Made by a program: the position numbers and the translations under genes | In this document: positions 1-13,292 of the stretch, piece by piece | How positions within the stretch are numbered: position 1 is the stretch's first letter | Layout: every line of letters begins with the position of its first letter | The notes under the pieces: model-generated | The model's database searches: none | What the model was told of the DNA's origin: nothing | The model's input: only the letters and a program-made list of their open reading frames with translations | Origin: Amphiscolops sp. MND2022 | Taxonomy: Eukaryota | DNA: 64,000 nucleotides | Direction of reading: 5' to 3' | Assembly (NCBI GenBank): GCA_964187785.1 | Contig: OZ076416.1 | Coordinates: forward strand, 27,776,001 to 27,840,000

Positions 1-16
1 AAAATTTCAATCATCG

Positions 17-542
17 ATATCTCCACAACTACGCGTACCAGAGGAACGAACTATAGCGCGTTTGAAAGGTCTGATATTGGGCTTTCATTTTGGTCACCTG
101 AGCCCCTGTCGCCGCGCGCCCTTTCCTTCAGAATTTTAGTCTTTTTCCGGTACCGCCGCTTCGCGGCAGTTCCGCACTTCGTGCGGCCCGCTGCGCGGGG
201 GCTTGTAGTAACAACAGAATATTATAGGGGTTTGTTGCACTAGGACTTGTTGTGGAAGGGTATGTGGTTGGTTTTTTCTATTGATCAAAGACTTTTGAGA
301 AAACAGCATTTCGTCAAAATCTGAATTTTGAGAAAATATAAGTCTTTTCTTGTGCAAAAAACCCATTTTTCTCAGCTTTGGAGATATATTCCCTTTTTCT
401 AATGCTTGTGCCATTCAAACCAATCTAGGTACCAATTACTTGTTGAAAAAAACCGTGCTAGAGAAAATGGGCTACTGGCAAAAGGAATCAGAATTTGGAA
501 GAAAAGGTAGGCTGCTTTAAAGCATCACTAGGTTCATTGGGG
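17..542 (-). mobile_element. piggyBac-like MITE, inverted copy of the 7303-7768 element (outer end not resolved)
   Basis: Reverse complement of about 7303-7703. Ends ...CATTGGGG followed by TTAA at 543-546. Has an extra ~120-bp GC-rich segment (61-181) relative to the other copy. Confidence 0.7.
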
Positions 543-3500
543 TTAATTGAATTTGAATAAATTTTTGTCCGCAGTTTTGTCCGTTGTCCGCGCCCCTATG
601 TCCGTTGTCCGCTTATAATGTCCGTGTCCGCAGCGGGCAGCACCCTAGAGTATAATGTATACTCTGTTTTAGTGAAAATTCTTGCCATTATATGACGGTT
701 CACAAAACTCTGTAATCTCCTGATTTGGAAATGCTATAATTGGCAAAAGGACAAAACTCTACACGATAAGTGTAGATAAATAGAAATAAAACCGCAACTT
801 GAATCTGAGCGATGCCGATGGTAGGCGGAAAAGAGGTCGGAAACACTCGTCGGTTTTAAAGGAAAACTGGTTGAAAATTAACTTGACGATCATTAATTGG
901 GTGCAAACTCATCGAACAGTTACAGATTACCAATTGGCTGTTAGTAACCCACCAGAAAATCGCTTCTTTTAAATTTGATGGCGAAATGCTAATTATGGAT
1001 TAATTTTCTTTAATTAATGAAATTTTGTTTTACGCATGATATAGCTTTTTTTAAAGTTATATAATTGCTTGAAATGTCTCACTTGCATAGTTTAAATGTA
1101 ATAATTTACAATACTTTGGTTCGTAATATAGCTGTCTTTCGACAAGTTTTCCGCCTTGAATTTTCGATCAGTTGTTTTCGGCAAGTTATTTTCGACGAGT
1201 TGTTTTCGGTAAGTTTTCCTAGATTCGATGTTGATATAAACAGTGATAAAATTCCCGCATATTTGCAAATTGAAAAGGAATAAAGGATACACAGTTTGAT
1301 GTTTTCGAAGGAAAGACTGATTTCGAAGAAACGTTACATCATAGAAACGTGTGTCCCGACAAACCTTTAAATAAATCGAAATAAAGCTTCACAAGCAAGA
1401 AATTTTTAATGGAAACTTCAAAGCAGAATTCACTTGCCATTAGTAGCAGGTAAGTGGTGACGTTTGCATTAGTAAATCCTCCCATTTGCAGCTCTTGCAC
1501 CATCGTTGTTTGTCCAATTGGTAAAAAATTAGTTTTCTTTCGGGTCTATGATGTACTTGGAAATGCACTTTTCGTATATTGTTTTTCTGTCAGGAAGGAT
1601 GGAGTTTCAGCAAATTGCGAATGAGACATACTACTTTCAAGAATGAAACGATGGTACACAGTACTTCGGTGGTACTAATATGGTAGAAGTGAGAAAATTC
1701 CGAGCTACATGAATAATGCATTCGAGTTGAATTGATTTTTCTTCAGGTGCCTGGATTGTCAAGCCATCACAATTCTACTTCGCTTTCTTCTAATTTGCCG
1801 CCAAAATGGAAGAACAAGAGAACGGAGACGTGAAAAAATATCACAAGAGCTGAAACAACCACGAGAAGAAAGTCGTAAAGAGTTACTTCTTTATATTCGA
1901 GTAATTTAGGAACCAGAAAAGAATGCTTTGATACGAATAAGATTAAAATGACGTAATTATGACTTCGTTTCCCGAGACGAGCAATCATACACTTAGGGAA
2001 AAAGCAGTAAGGTTGCTTGATACAACAGGTTATCAAAGCAAGCTGTATTAGATTTTGACACATTTTGCTGCGAAATAATTTGAAGGTTGAATCACATTTT
2101 ATCACAAGCTTACAAAATCACGCGCACGATCACACGATACGGGGAAAATAATCTCTATTCGTCAGAGTTTGGGGGTTCATACATTGTATACAAAAATTTA
2201 AGCCATGCCCAATTAAATCAATTTTGACGCTCAATCCAGTTTTTATTTCCAGAGCAAAGTAACTGGAGACAGAATAAGAACAATCTTGAGATTTTTACGT
2301 TCTTCATTTTATTTTAGGAATAAATATAGCCATTCAGTTAAGCCCCAAACTCTCGTATGTCATTCAAAGTTGAATAAGATGCATGAAATTGCAAAAGGAA
2401 CCGATGGCATTTTACAGGAACTAATATAAAAAGTCAATGCTTCAAAACAAACAAAATGGCCGATTTTCGAATGTAAAAATGACCAATGCACCATTTTATC
2501 GAGGTAACTGTCCCAGAAAATGTTTTATTAAATTTGGCGTTCCTAGAACAACAACAAGTTGTGAACGGCCCAAGTGAGCACCGCGCTCAAGGTTCAAAAA
2601 AGCAAGGTTTTTCTCAATATGCAAAGGGACACTATTGTGGAAATTTTTATCACTCTTACAGGGCCCAAAATACCCGAATGGATACACATATGACTCGAAA
2701 ACCACTTTTTCCTAACTGGAAACAAAAAAAAACAATAGCAAAAAAAAACTTGCCACTGTAAGAGTCGTGCACTTTATTAAAGGTTGTATGACAGCCTTTC
2801 TCTTGGTTGAAAACTTTGCGGCGCCCCATTTAACGAATTCTGATTTGAGATTCTCATTTAAAAAAAATGCAAATAAACTCAATGTCTGTGCATTTTAGCC
2901 AGAGCATTTAAAGAATCGGATGCAGCATACCATTGAAAAAATGAAACCTTAAAAGCGAGTAAACTAAATGCTTTAGTACTTTTCAAACTAATACCAATAC
3001 CAGCTATTGGCTAAATTTGCAAAACCTTACTCCGAGATGCAGAAACAGTCGTAAATGCAAGCAACCAGAAATGGTTTCTGCAAAGCTGATTCTGCAAAGC
3101 TGATTCTGAAAAGTTAGCAAAGCTGTTTACAATTCGAATTGATTTGTTCAAACTAGCGAGGTTTTTCATTTCCATACCAAATGTTTTACAATCAGGTGCC
3201 TAATTCAGTCATTAGCGGTTTGGCTTGCTTGAAAGTTATCTGGATTTTTTTTAAAAAATCGACAAATATCAAGAAAAACTTAATTGACAGGAGTTAATTT
3301 CAGGATATTGAGAGCAGTCCTGACTGATGTTCAACAACTTCTGTTTTGGGTAATGATTTTTTCGATCAAGGAGAACAGTGGAACTGAGATACAGTACTGG
3401 CGGCTGAAGTATTGGAATTAAATCATCCCAATGTGTTGGCTGGTGTATTTCAGTAATGCAAATTTTCGAGGTAGTATTTAACAGTCAGGAATTGCATCCA

Positions 3501-3795
3501 AAATTTTTCAATTGTCACTGCGAAGAATCGATAAGAAGACTGATGAATAAACTTTTCCAAATCGCGAGGAGTGTCGACACGCATCTGTGAAATTGGGACA
3601 GATGCGCAAAAACAAATTTGTTTTGGATTCGAAAAATGTTAGTTCTTTTCATTTATCAGTTACTAATATTTGCGCATAAAAGACATGATTTACGATTTGC
3701 ACGATCGAAATGAAAACGAAGAAACAAAAGAAGAAAAAGATAGTGCGAAAAAGATCAAAGATGCGTACGAAATAGAGACAGTTTACGTGGGCTAA

Positions 3796-4418
3796 TTTTT
3801 AGTCGGCGCTTCATGAAGTGAAACGCGACTACTATAGTGACTTTTTTTCAATCCACACGAACTGACCAAAATAGTTCTTGAAATTTCTACGAAATTTTAT
3901 GGTGCCAAATTGAAACATTTGGCTTAGCGAACTGAACCAAAAAGGTTTTTTATGTTTTTCCGCGTAACATACAGTATCAGATTCTAAAGGGTCCCCGCTT
4001 TCAGATTTTTTCGGCATTGTGAGACTTTTTTCGAAAAAAAAATCCCCCAAAAGGCCCCCTTCAATTTTTTGATGTTTTGCGACAGAATGGATATTGAAAA
4101 ATCCCAAAGGGTCCCCATTTCAGTTTTTTCGGCATTGTGAGACTTTTTTCGGAAACTTTTTTCACCAATTTTTTTTTCACACTTCAATTTTTTGATGTTT
4201 TGCAACAATGGATGTTAAAAAATGCAAAAGGATCCCCCTTTGAGCGCGCCAGGGGCCCGCGCTAGCGGGAACCTGGCGCGCCAGCTCCGTCGTTTGGGTT
4301 TTTCGTGAGTTTGATACTCTTTTTGTTAGTTTGACGTTGAGTTTTTTTACACTTTCATGTCCTTTTGCTATTTTTGAGCCTTAGATATGGCGCCGACTTA
4401 TGCCGTTCCCGGCTTGTT
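3796..4418 (+). mobile_element. Helentron/DINE-1-like non-autonomous element (HINE-like family A)
   Basis: Starts TTTTT-AGTCGGCGC and ends GCGCCGACT plus a GCCG-TTCC-CGGC stem-loop (4402-4413) plus TTGTT. The same termini recur many times in the window. Confidence 0.7.
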
Positions 4419-4576
4419 GTTGATTAACTTGAGGGCTAACACTTAGAGAAGTTATGACACAGAGGCGAAGCGGTGCTTCGCAACACATGACGAAGACAAC
4501 GATTATTTTAATATGCGTATATATATTATTTTAATCGCATGCGTATATATTCAACAGTTCAACTTTATTCAATAAC

Positions 4577-4648
4577 GTCCTTATGGCACAGTGGTTAACA
4601 CTTATGCCGTGCAATCGGGAGGCTGCAGGTTCGAATCTCTCTGGGGTT
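4577..4648 (+). repeat. tRNA-derived (SINE-like) segment within a ~290-bp dispersed repeat (about 4461-4750)
   Basis: A-box-like TGGCACAGTGG and B-box GGTTCGAATC at tRNA spacing. The anticodon stem does not pair. A second copy lies at 48562-48632. Confidence 0.55.
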
Positions 4649-6422
4649 TTGGCTTTTCTCTAAAAGGCGCTTATTATGAAGTTGGCTATTGTGGAAAAAA
4701 AACTTTCTTAGCTGGACTGCAATGCACATTGACTTCGTCATGTGCAAAAATATGCATCAACTGACGTTTAAGCCACACTTGTGCGTGAACAGTCAATTGA
4801 TTAACTTAATGATGCATCAACAGACAAAACAGTGCATAACAAATTGTTAACCACGTTTCAACGGAAAATCGTGAAAAACTGAACCAATTCAATTGTCTAA
4901 AATGAGTTAAGCAAAATTAAAACTGCCTGAAGGGGTGTCGGACCTTTTGTGGCAAAACGGTGAAACTATCCACAAGGGAACAAAAAAGAGATCTTACCTT
5001 TGCAAAATGAAGTCACCTGCAAATTAAATGAGACAAAAAATAAATATCCTTCAACGACAATTCAATTGTGATTTCAATGACGTGGAGCGTCAAAAATAGA
5101 ACAGATTTGGATCTTTTCCAAAGGAACATTTATGAAATCTGTAGTAAAAAGAAACGAAAACAAAACGAATTAATCTTCGATAACGTCATGGATCATAAAT
5201 CCGATGAAATGATGACGATTAAAAGAAAGAGCGATTAAACGCGAAATAGTCGCGCACTGAAGAGGAATTGGAAAAACACACGGTGTAAATTAAGTTGGTA
5301 TGTTGTCGTTCTAACAAAAAATGGCTGTTTACGTAATTCTATTTCTGCTTATTTAGTCCCTTTTCGCACCAACTGGCGTCACCGCTACCATCGTTTGTAG
5401 TCAAAACAAGCTCCATCCACCACACAAGGACGAGCCAGACTTGAATGCATGTGAAGCCAGCGTTTTCCACATTTTACAAATCCTCGTTTTTACTACAGCC
5501 ACTTTCCATTCACTGACTGCGAAGTGCCAGTTTTTCATTGGCACACCGACAAAACAGACAAGTACGCACCAATTCGTTCTAGTATGATTCATTCAGGGAA
5601 AAATCAACTTTGCGTACATGTATATTTTCCTGTAATAAAGGGAAACATGCCTACCGTGATCAATGGGATTGATAGATTACGGGAAATCGAGGTACCTCTG
5701 CTGACAGATACGTTGAGGTCCCAGGTCTATTTCACTTGATATTTTAGTGTCTGCGGCTGCACTTTAAAACAAAGGCGTATATGAAAGACGTATATCTTCT
5801 GTTGGCGTAATATCGAATATCCCATTGCTTTGGAAGGTTTTCTGCTCCAAATTCTCTGGCTTATTTCTTACCATCAAGATGGGAGATAAAACTGCATCAA
5901 TTAATAGCGTGTCTGCAGCAGGGGAGACTTACCAAAATATTCAGAAGAATCCACTTGCGAACTTAACTGCAAATTATTCAACTGGTAGATGTTGAAATTT
6001 ATGTAAGACAAAAATTTCAACTGAAAAAGCATCGAGGATTTGGCAAGAATATTACAATTTGTACATCAATAGACCGTTCGAAGTTTACATAATAAACTTA
6101 AATGATGCAAAGAGGCTTCAAGCCCTAATCAAACTTAAAGGAAGTTCGGTTTCAGAATTAGCGAATTAATTTTAATGATGACACTACATTATTCTTTTTC
6201 GGAGCAAAATCTTGAAAGGATGTAAGTTTGCAACGATTTCGAATAAGGGTAGGATTTTTCATCACTACTGAGGAAGAAAATGAAAACCATGAAGAAAATC
6301 ACAATTTTGTTCCGAGATTCTTTTTTGTTCCCCCATCTACCATCAAAAAATCAAAAAATTTTACAGGAACGATTCCCAACAAAACAGAATGGGATCGTCT
6401 AACGACTGAAGCCTCGTAAAGA

Positions 6423-7112
6423 AAATAGGCCCCTCCGGGGCTCAGTACTATTTCTGCTTTAATCTTTATTTTTTTAAAACAAAAAATCATTAATAAAAGA
6501 ATCATATCTGGAATACCAATACACTCCTGTTTAATCATTACTTAGAGCACAATTAATCACTGTACAAGTTTACACCGCCTTTAATTCTTCTCGGACTAAA
6601 GAAAATATAACTAAGCGTAGACGAAGTTTCGCATTCGCATTTGAATGCAGGCGAAGCTCTCAACGAACGAATAATTAACACTCATTCGCTTCATCTCAAT
6701 GACGTCAGCATACGAATGGATAATTACCACTCGCTCGTTCTATCGCACTAGAATTGAATTGTTGTCGGCAGCTTTCCCACGCTTACACTCACTGCCGAAC
6801 AAAATATCTGAATTATTCAGTAGGACGAAATTTGACGACTGAAAAAAAAAAAGGACCAACTTTGAGGTTACAATAACATTCCTGCTAAAGCAGAAATATT
6901 AAAAAGTTGTAGATCAGCCAGGGATTCGAATTCACCAAATTCTGCTTCCCCGCCACGCACGCTAACCACTAGGCGTAATGACGGAACAAGCTAGTGGCGT
7001 TTACAAAGTGTGGTCAAAAGGTAGACCAATCAGTTTCATTCTGTCATAAGAGCGAATAAAAATACTTGCCACAGTAATAGTCGGACGCACTTCGTACAAA
7101 ATGCGCCGACTA
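6423..7112 (-). repeat. Dispersed repeat family B (GCCCC-TCC-GGGGC hairpin at one end, family-A-type terminus at the other)
   Basis: 6540-6910 aligns with about 28515-28920. A partial copy starts at about 7811. A tRNA-like A/B-box segment lies on the minus strand at about 6915-6985. GCGCCGACTAAAAA occurs at about 7096-7109. Confidence 0.5.
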
Positions 7113-7302
7113 AAAACAGCAATGCTCAAAACTATAGGTTAACCTGTATTATTTTATGAAAAGACCAGGCTTTCAACTGGGGCTTAGTAATGTTGCTTAT
7201 AGTTATAGCATTGCTTACAGAAATGTCAGTTCACTGGTCTTGAAGAGCGCCGACTAAAAGTTTGATCACCCTGCGTTTTGCACCAAAGTTCTCATGCTTT
7301 AA

Positions 7303-7768
7303 CCCCAATGAACCTAGTGATGCTTTAAAGCAGCCTACCTTTTTTCCAAATTCTGATTCCTTTTGCCAGTAGCCCATTTTCTCTAGCACAGTTTTTTTCA
7401 ACAAGTAATTGGTACCTAGATTGATTTGAATGGTACAAGCATTAGAAAAAGGGAATATATCTCCAAAGCTGAGAAAAATGGGTTTTTTGCACAAAAAAAG
7501 TTATATTTTCTCAAAATTCAGATTTTGACGAAATCCTGTTTTCTCAAAAGTCTTTGATCAATAGAAAAAACAAACCACATACCCTTCCACAACAAGTCCT
7601 GGTGGAACAAACCCCTATAATATTTTGTTGTTACTACAAGCCCCCGCGCAGCGGGCCGCACGCGCTATAGTTCGTTTCTCTGGTACGCGTAGTTGTGGAG
7701 ATATTAATTTTTTAAAATTTTTATTCAAATTTTTTGAAAATTTTAAAAAACGCCCAGGTCGATTGGGG
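7303..7768 (+). mobile_element. piggyBac-like MITE (466 bp)
   Basis: TTAA (7299-7302) | CCCCAATGAACCT ... AGGTCGATTGGGG | TTAA (7769-7772). The TIR matches at 11/13 positions. TTAA duplication and CCC/GGG ends are piggyBac hallmarks. Confidence 0.75.
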
Positions 7769-9895
7769 TTAAATGGCTGTTAAATACTCTTCAGTCAAAA
7801 TGAATTAGTAAATAGGCAATGCGGGGCTCAGTAAGATCCTGCTTCACGCTATAAATCACCATTAACTTCAAAGTTCAAAAAATGAAAACATGAAATTAAT
7901 ATACACTCCTATTAATTCCATACATAGCGCAAAATTAATCACAGTACCAGCCTACACTGTCAATGAGTTACCTCGGACTATAAGTTTGTTACGCACTCGC
8001 AGCCTCGCTGCATTGAGAATTGAATGAACTAGCTAAAGACGTGCAGCAGCGCTGCTATCAGAATTGGCGACAAAAATGGGACGATAAAAGCCTGAAAAAA
8101 AAGCATGGTCGATTTATATGACATTTCAGCTGATGCAGAAAATATCTCATAGCAATGGAGCGTTTGTTTCCAACTCCACAAAAACTGTGAGAAACAATCT
8201 GAATATAGCAAAACTTGATCGTTGGTGACGCTTTCGAATTTCATCGAATTCCTAAACAAAATTTACCTTCAAGTCTAAGTCTTCTCCAGGCTATTGAAAT
8301 GAATGCGGAAAACTATCAATCCTTCATAGCAGTGAAAGCGCGAACACAGCTATTGGCGGGCCATCAATAATTTTATTGAATGATTTTATTGATTGATTAG
8401 ATTAATAGCACGCCAAAAGATGTGCTAGTGCTTTCAAAAAGCCAACAGAAAACGAATAAACTACAATCAAACCTTTCCCAGATTATAACATTCCGGCTTC
8501 AAAGCTAAAAATAACGTAATTCTCATCATTAAACTGTGAAACAATGAAAGAAGCTGTAGTTGGTACGTAAAATAACTTCCTAGGATGTACAGTAGAAACT
8601 GCTTAATCGCAAGTCGCATAATAGCAGTTAATGTTTATTAGCAAGACGCCTATAGGAACGAACCAATCATAACGCATTAGGATTGGTTTTTTTAATAGCA
8701 AAATTTTTAATGGCAAGATTTTAAGAGTCACGAAGCGACTTGCTATTAAGCAGTTTCTACTGTACTTCGTATTGTAAAAAAAGTCAAGAACTAAAGCATC
8801 AAAGGTTTTTTCTTTTTTTTTCTGAAAAGTGTGATTTAACTTTATCGAACCAGAGATTTCATCTGGTGCCTTCGAATAGCAACAAGTCAAAAGAAACGAA
8901 TTTGGCACGGAGAATTTGAACTATTCTAGGACACAAAAATAATCCACAATTATTTGAAAACCAGCGCTTTTAACGTTCAGAGGGATTTCAACAAAAATTT
9001 CCAAAAGGTTTTACAGAGTACATGAAATGTATTTATTCATTTCCTCATGAATCTTTATAGACTTCCAATCGTCATTAATTGGTTAATGAAGGCGAGCCGC
9101 TTTTGTATAATTACACAACGTGGGGTGAAATGAACGTGGGTTGAGATGAATAAGGGGGTGAAATGGATGTGGGGTTAAATTGAACGCACACCTCTGAAAC
9201 AATTCGAAATTGAATCCTCAGACTAGTCCATTTTTTGAATTTTGCACAAGGAGTACACAGCGAATAAAATTCGCTGAGAGCAACAAAGCCTTGGACTATC
9301 AGTTTCGTTACTTGAAGGACAACAATCCTCTCCGCATATAGATACGTAAATTGAACTTTTGCATCCACTACTTTTTTGCACTTTGGAAACAATCAATTAG
9401 CGAAAAGTGAACAAGCGATCGCTTTGTGTTATTTTAGTTGCGAGAGTTAGAGGAGTAAATAGCAGATGAACAACTGGTAAGATATTCTTGTAAGTGAAAA
9501 AGATTGATTTTAGTGTTTTGATAATATTCGGGCTTACAGTACTCAGAAACAATAAAAGACATTGACAGTTCAGCCAAAACTCTTATAGACTGCTTTTAAT
9601 TTCATGAAGCGACGACTGAAAGCCAATCATGAAAAAAATAATGCAGCAGCTATTGAAAGCAATAAGATCAGCGAAGCAACTCCGCTGATAAAATTTTTCA
9701 AATAATGGATCAGGAAGAGAAGCAATCAGTACAAATTGAATACGGACTTTTCTAAAAGTTACGACTTTCAACAGTTAAGCCTTTTCTCATGGGATAGGCA
9801 AATAATTGAAATTTTACATTGCAGCTATATATATAACCAAAAGAAGCAACTGTATGCTGTAACGGTTGTAGTTACAAAGAGAATGTCGCGAAGTA

Positions 9896-10432
9896 AAACA
9901 AGCCGAGAACGGCCAAAGTCGGCGCCATATCTAAGGCTCAAAATTAAAAAGGGGGATCCTTCGGGCTTTGTGAAACTCCAGCTGGTTGCAAAAAATTTGA
10001 AAAAAATCGAAGGGGGGACCCTTTGGAGACATGAAAAAATTTCCCAAAAAAATTTTTTGAATGAGATTTTTGAACAGTGTCACAGTGCCGAAAAATGTAA
10101 AAGGGGGGACCCTCTGCGATTTTTTGACATCCATTGTGTTGCAAAATATCGAAACAAATGAAGGGGGGACCCTCTGGTGCAATCCAAAAAACTTCAAAAA
10201 AAGTGCTGAAAAAAAGTGGGGCTAAGGTGTGTTTTCGAGGTTGTGAACGTCTGTTTTGTTTTTTCTTTTCGTTTTGGACGCGCTTCTGAGGTTGGAGTTG
10301 TTGAGGTTTGAAGTTGTTGAAGTTTGAGGTTGTTGAACAAATGAACAAAAAAGTGGACCTTTCGTGTCTAAAAAAAAACTACCCACTGTAATAGTCGGGC
10401 ACATTTTCTACTAAAATGCGCCGACTAAAAAA
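9896..10432 (-). mobile_element. HINE-like family A copy
   Basis: GCCG-AGAA-CGGC stem (9902-9913) plus AGTCGGCGCCATATCTAAGGCTC at the left. ATAGTCGGG...GCGCCGACTAAAAAA at the right. Confidence 0.7.
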
Positions 10433-10624
10433 CAGGAGTACGACATTCGTTGTGAAAATTCACGGAAAACTGGAAACAGAACACTAATGTGCCGATCTAA
10501 AAATCTTTTACGAAATTTTCAAGAGCCAATTAAAAACTCACCTGGGTTTTAGACAAAACTCTTCAATCCGAAAGAGCCAAATAACTGCTCCTCGTTGTCA
10601 CAAAGTGGCGACAATGATGCTGAC

Positions 10625-10951
10625 CAGGGTTTTGACATCGCTAATTATTTCCGCTGATCGCTAATTTGAAAATCGGTTCCGCTAAAAAAATTCTCTAAAC
10701 TATTAATGTTTGACTTCAACTATCTTTCAAAACTGAATGATCGCCTAATTTAGTTTTGCAAGAAAAACAGACTGGAATTGTTTGTACTGTGTGGGTTCTA
10801 CATGGGTAAGATTTAGAAATTTCCATCCTGAAACTCCATGTAAGTTTTTGAGGAAATTTCGAATTTGGCCAATCTATCGGTTGCCGCTAATTTGAATCGC
10901 TGAAAAATTCCTGCGCGGCCGCTAATTCGCTAATTAACAGTGTCAAAACTG
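10625..10951. mobile_element. hAT-type MITE (327 bp)
   Basis: 8-bp TSD ATGCTGAC (10617-10624 and 10952-10959). Termini CAGGGTTTTGACA / TGTCAAAACTG. Internal CGCTAAT repeats. Sister copy at 50640-51000. Confidence 0.85.
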
Positions 10952-12292
10952 ATGCTGACAAAAGATTGGGTTATATAACAACTTGCTACTTTTCAGCAGC
11001 ATTCAGAAATGCAAGTGGATTCCACGGAAGTTTTACGGCTTTGTACTTGAGGATGATGGAATAGGAAAGGGACATTTAAATCCCAGTCAAATGAAACTAG
11101 AATTTTGTCTAGACAACTCGAACTTAATATTCCTTTTTCACGCACCATTAGACGTTGTAATTCATCCTCAACTTTCTTTCGAAAAACCGAATCCATGGAG
11201 CGTGTAAATGTTGGTTTAGTACGATTGTTGCAATAAGAATTCAAAATAAGTTTTTTTTCGAACCAATATTTCAAAGTTCGATTGATTCACAAATGAACTG
11301 GAAGTGGAATTTCAAGATCAAATTGAAGACGGGGTCATTTTTGAGCTAAATAGACCAAAACTGAAGTGAAACCAAATTCGTCAAACCAACAGCCCGTTAT
11401 ATCAGTAAAACCAAAGGCACAGCAGTCTCAAAAACACTTCAAATATCAGCGTTTCATTTGAAGCAGTCTTTTCTGTTTACAAGTGCCTGGATTCTGTCTA
11501 TTCGAACGTAATTCATGGCATCTTTCACAGCTTCAAATTAAGGTTTCACAATTTACTGGACAATAAAGTTGCAACCAAACTTTTGACATACATTATCTCC
11601 CAACTTTCAAAGGATAAATTTCAAAGTCTCTAAGTTTCAAAAACCAATGCGTCCTAAAATTCATCGAAATCCAGGTTTTATCCAGGGTATTCAGTTCATG
11701 GAGCAAAAACCGAAAACTCAAATGCAGTCAATTATGCAAAATAATTGAAGTCCCCAGTTTATTTATTTATAATACATGTACGGGAGATTGAATCAAGAAC
11801 TCTAGCGTCTTAACAGAGTTTCAGAAGTAGTTCAACAGAAAGCACGAGTCCAGGGACTATTCAAAGGATTAATTCAACGCTTTTTGGACACTTTTAACTC
11901 GTTCCTAAAAACAACTTTGGCAAACAATTATATTGTCTGCAGGATTCCGTGAATTTACGTCAGTGGCAAAACAAAAAAAAAGTTTTTCCGGGTGTTAAAA
12001 ACGCCCATAACCAAAAGAGTACATAACGAACACAGCCACTACCACCTCACGCGTGCGGTATGCCAATTATAGGGGGGAGGCAGTCCAGTTTGGTTTTCTT
12101 CATGAAAATAAAAAAAAACATGAAAATTAAAATGTGAGTGATACACCGAAACGCAATGCCAATTCAAAAGTTTCACTCTTAAAAATAAAACAGCACTCGC
12201 ACAATACGGTAATGAGACTCGAACTCTTCCGGTCAATCGTAACTCGAAATCAAACAGCCACGGTAAAAAGCTGCACCAAAAGTTAACGCGAC

Positions 12293-12625
12293 AACTTATA
12301 TCTCTACTTTTAAGATGAGTATTTATGGCTGGCGGCTGGATGCAGGAATGGAGAGCAGCCAAGTCTTCGGAACATGGATCACAATCCTCAGATTAGTTCT
12401 CAATCTTCTTATTTGAAAACACAACCATGCAATTCTCTAGTTATTGTCAGCACTGATGTTTTTGTATTAATAAGTGTTATTATAGTTATTTGTTTAAAGA
12501 TGCTGATCAAATAGTTAAAAGGTTAAAATTCTGTCATAGGTAAAATAGTTTTAAGGTCAAATATTTAAGAGTTCTTTCAATCAGTTCTTTTGTCCTCAAC
12601 AACGGAATGTTTCAGCTATGTTACA
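12293..12625 (-). repeat. 3' LTR (333 bp)
   Basis: Direct repeat of 26385-26717 with one substitution seen by eye (AAAATTCTG vs AAAGTTCTG). Element-strand ends are TGTAAC...ATAAGTT. Confidence 0.97.
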
Positions 12626-12634
12626 CTTCCTCTC
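12626..12634 (-). promoter_or_regulatory. Polypurine tract GAGAGGAAG
   Basis: Purine run directly 5' of the 3' LTR on the element strand. Confidence 0.8.
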
Positions 12635-13292
12635 ATCGAAAACCTTCCGGCGTCTGAAAAAGCCATCATACAGTCTGAGGAGTAGTGTAGTGATGATTAG
12701 AAGCTAAAATTGCCAAGTTGAGTAGTCTACTTCCAATAATTCCATTGAAAGAGCCCAAAGAGAAGAGTTTTGGAGAGCAACACAAGTCCCAGTTTCATGT
12801 TGTGATAAAGTTGTATATTTCATCCAGTCCAGTTGAATATTGTAGAGCCAAAGATTACTGCATTTATAGTTTACATATTACTGCAGAAGAAAATTTGTGA
12901 AAGGATTTGTTTTGATCAATCTCAATGATGAATGAATGATTGAACCGAAGGTTCGTTAAGTCAAGCAATGGTGTCGGCTTGGTCTGCTTCAAAGTCTCCG
13001 GTATCGGGAACCTTTTGGTTAATTGTAACTTGACAGTTACTCGGATGTTTTTTGATTGATGATTGAAGTTTTTGAATGGGTTGGCATTGTTTGAATGCAG
13101 TCGTCTCGTATTCAAACATTGAACTGGCCATTCTGGGGTCTAGTGGACTTTGCATGAGCACTTGATCGCAATTAGCAGATGTAGATGGTTCGTTTAGATT
13201 TCTTTTCGATTGTGAACGTGAAAGATGATATATTCGTCCAAATTTTTTGCGAAATTTATCCTCAGCATGAGAATCAGTTGTTTCCAATTTCA

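Noticed and set aside
560-648. TGTCCG-repeat block ending GGGCAGCACCCTA as a complete MITE
   Set aside because: It resembles one transposon end with subterminal repeats, but I found no partner TIR or TSD.
4577-4648. Functional tRNA gene (also 48562-48632 and 6915-6985)
   Set aside because: A and B boxes are present but the anticodon and acceptor stems do not pair properly, and the copies lie within repeats.
17-7703. One 7.7-kb transposon bounded by ~400-bp inverted repeats
   Set aside because: The TTAA/CCCC termini are at the inner ends (542 and 7303), and the right copy closes with its own TIR at 7768. These are two oppositely oriented MITE copies.
9736-10404. 60-150-aa ORFs in HINE copies (also 3832-4208, 16245-16826, 27549-28211, 31414-31819, 47999-48560, 48886-49244)
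   Set aside because: K/F-rich chance frames from A/T-run repeats. They overlap on both strands and are not conserved between copies.
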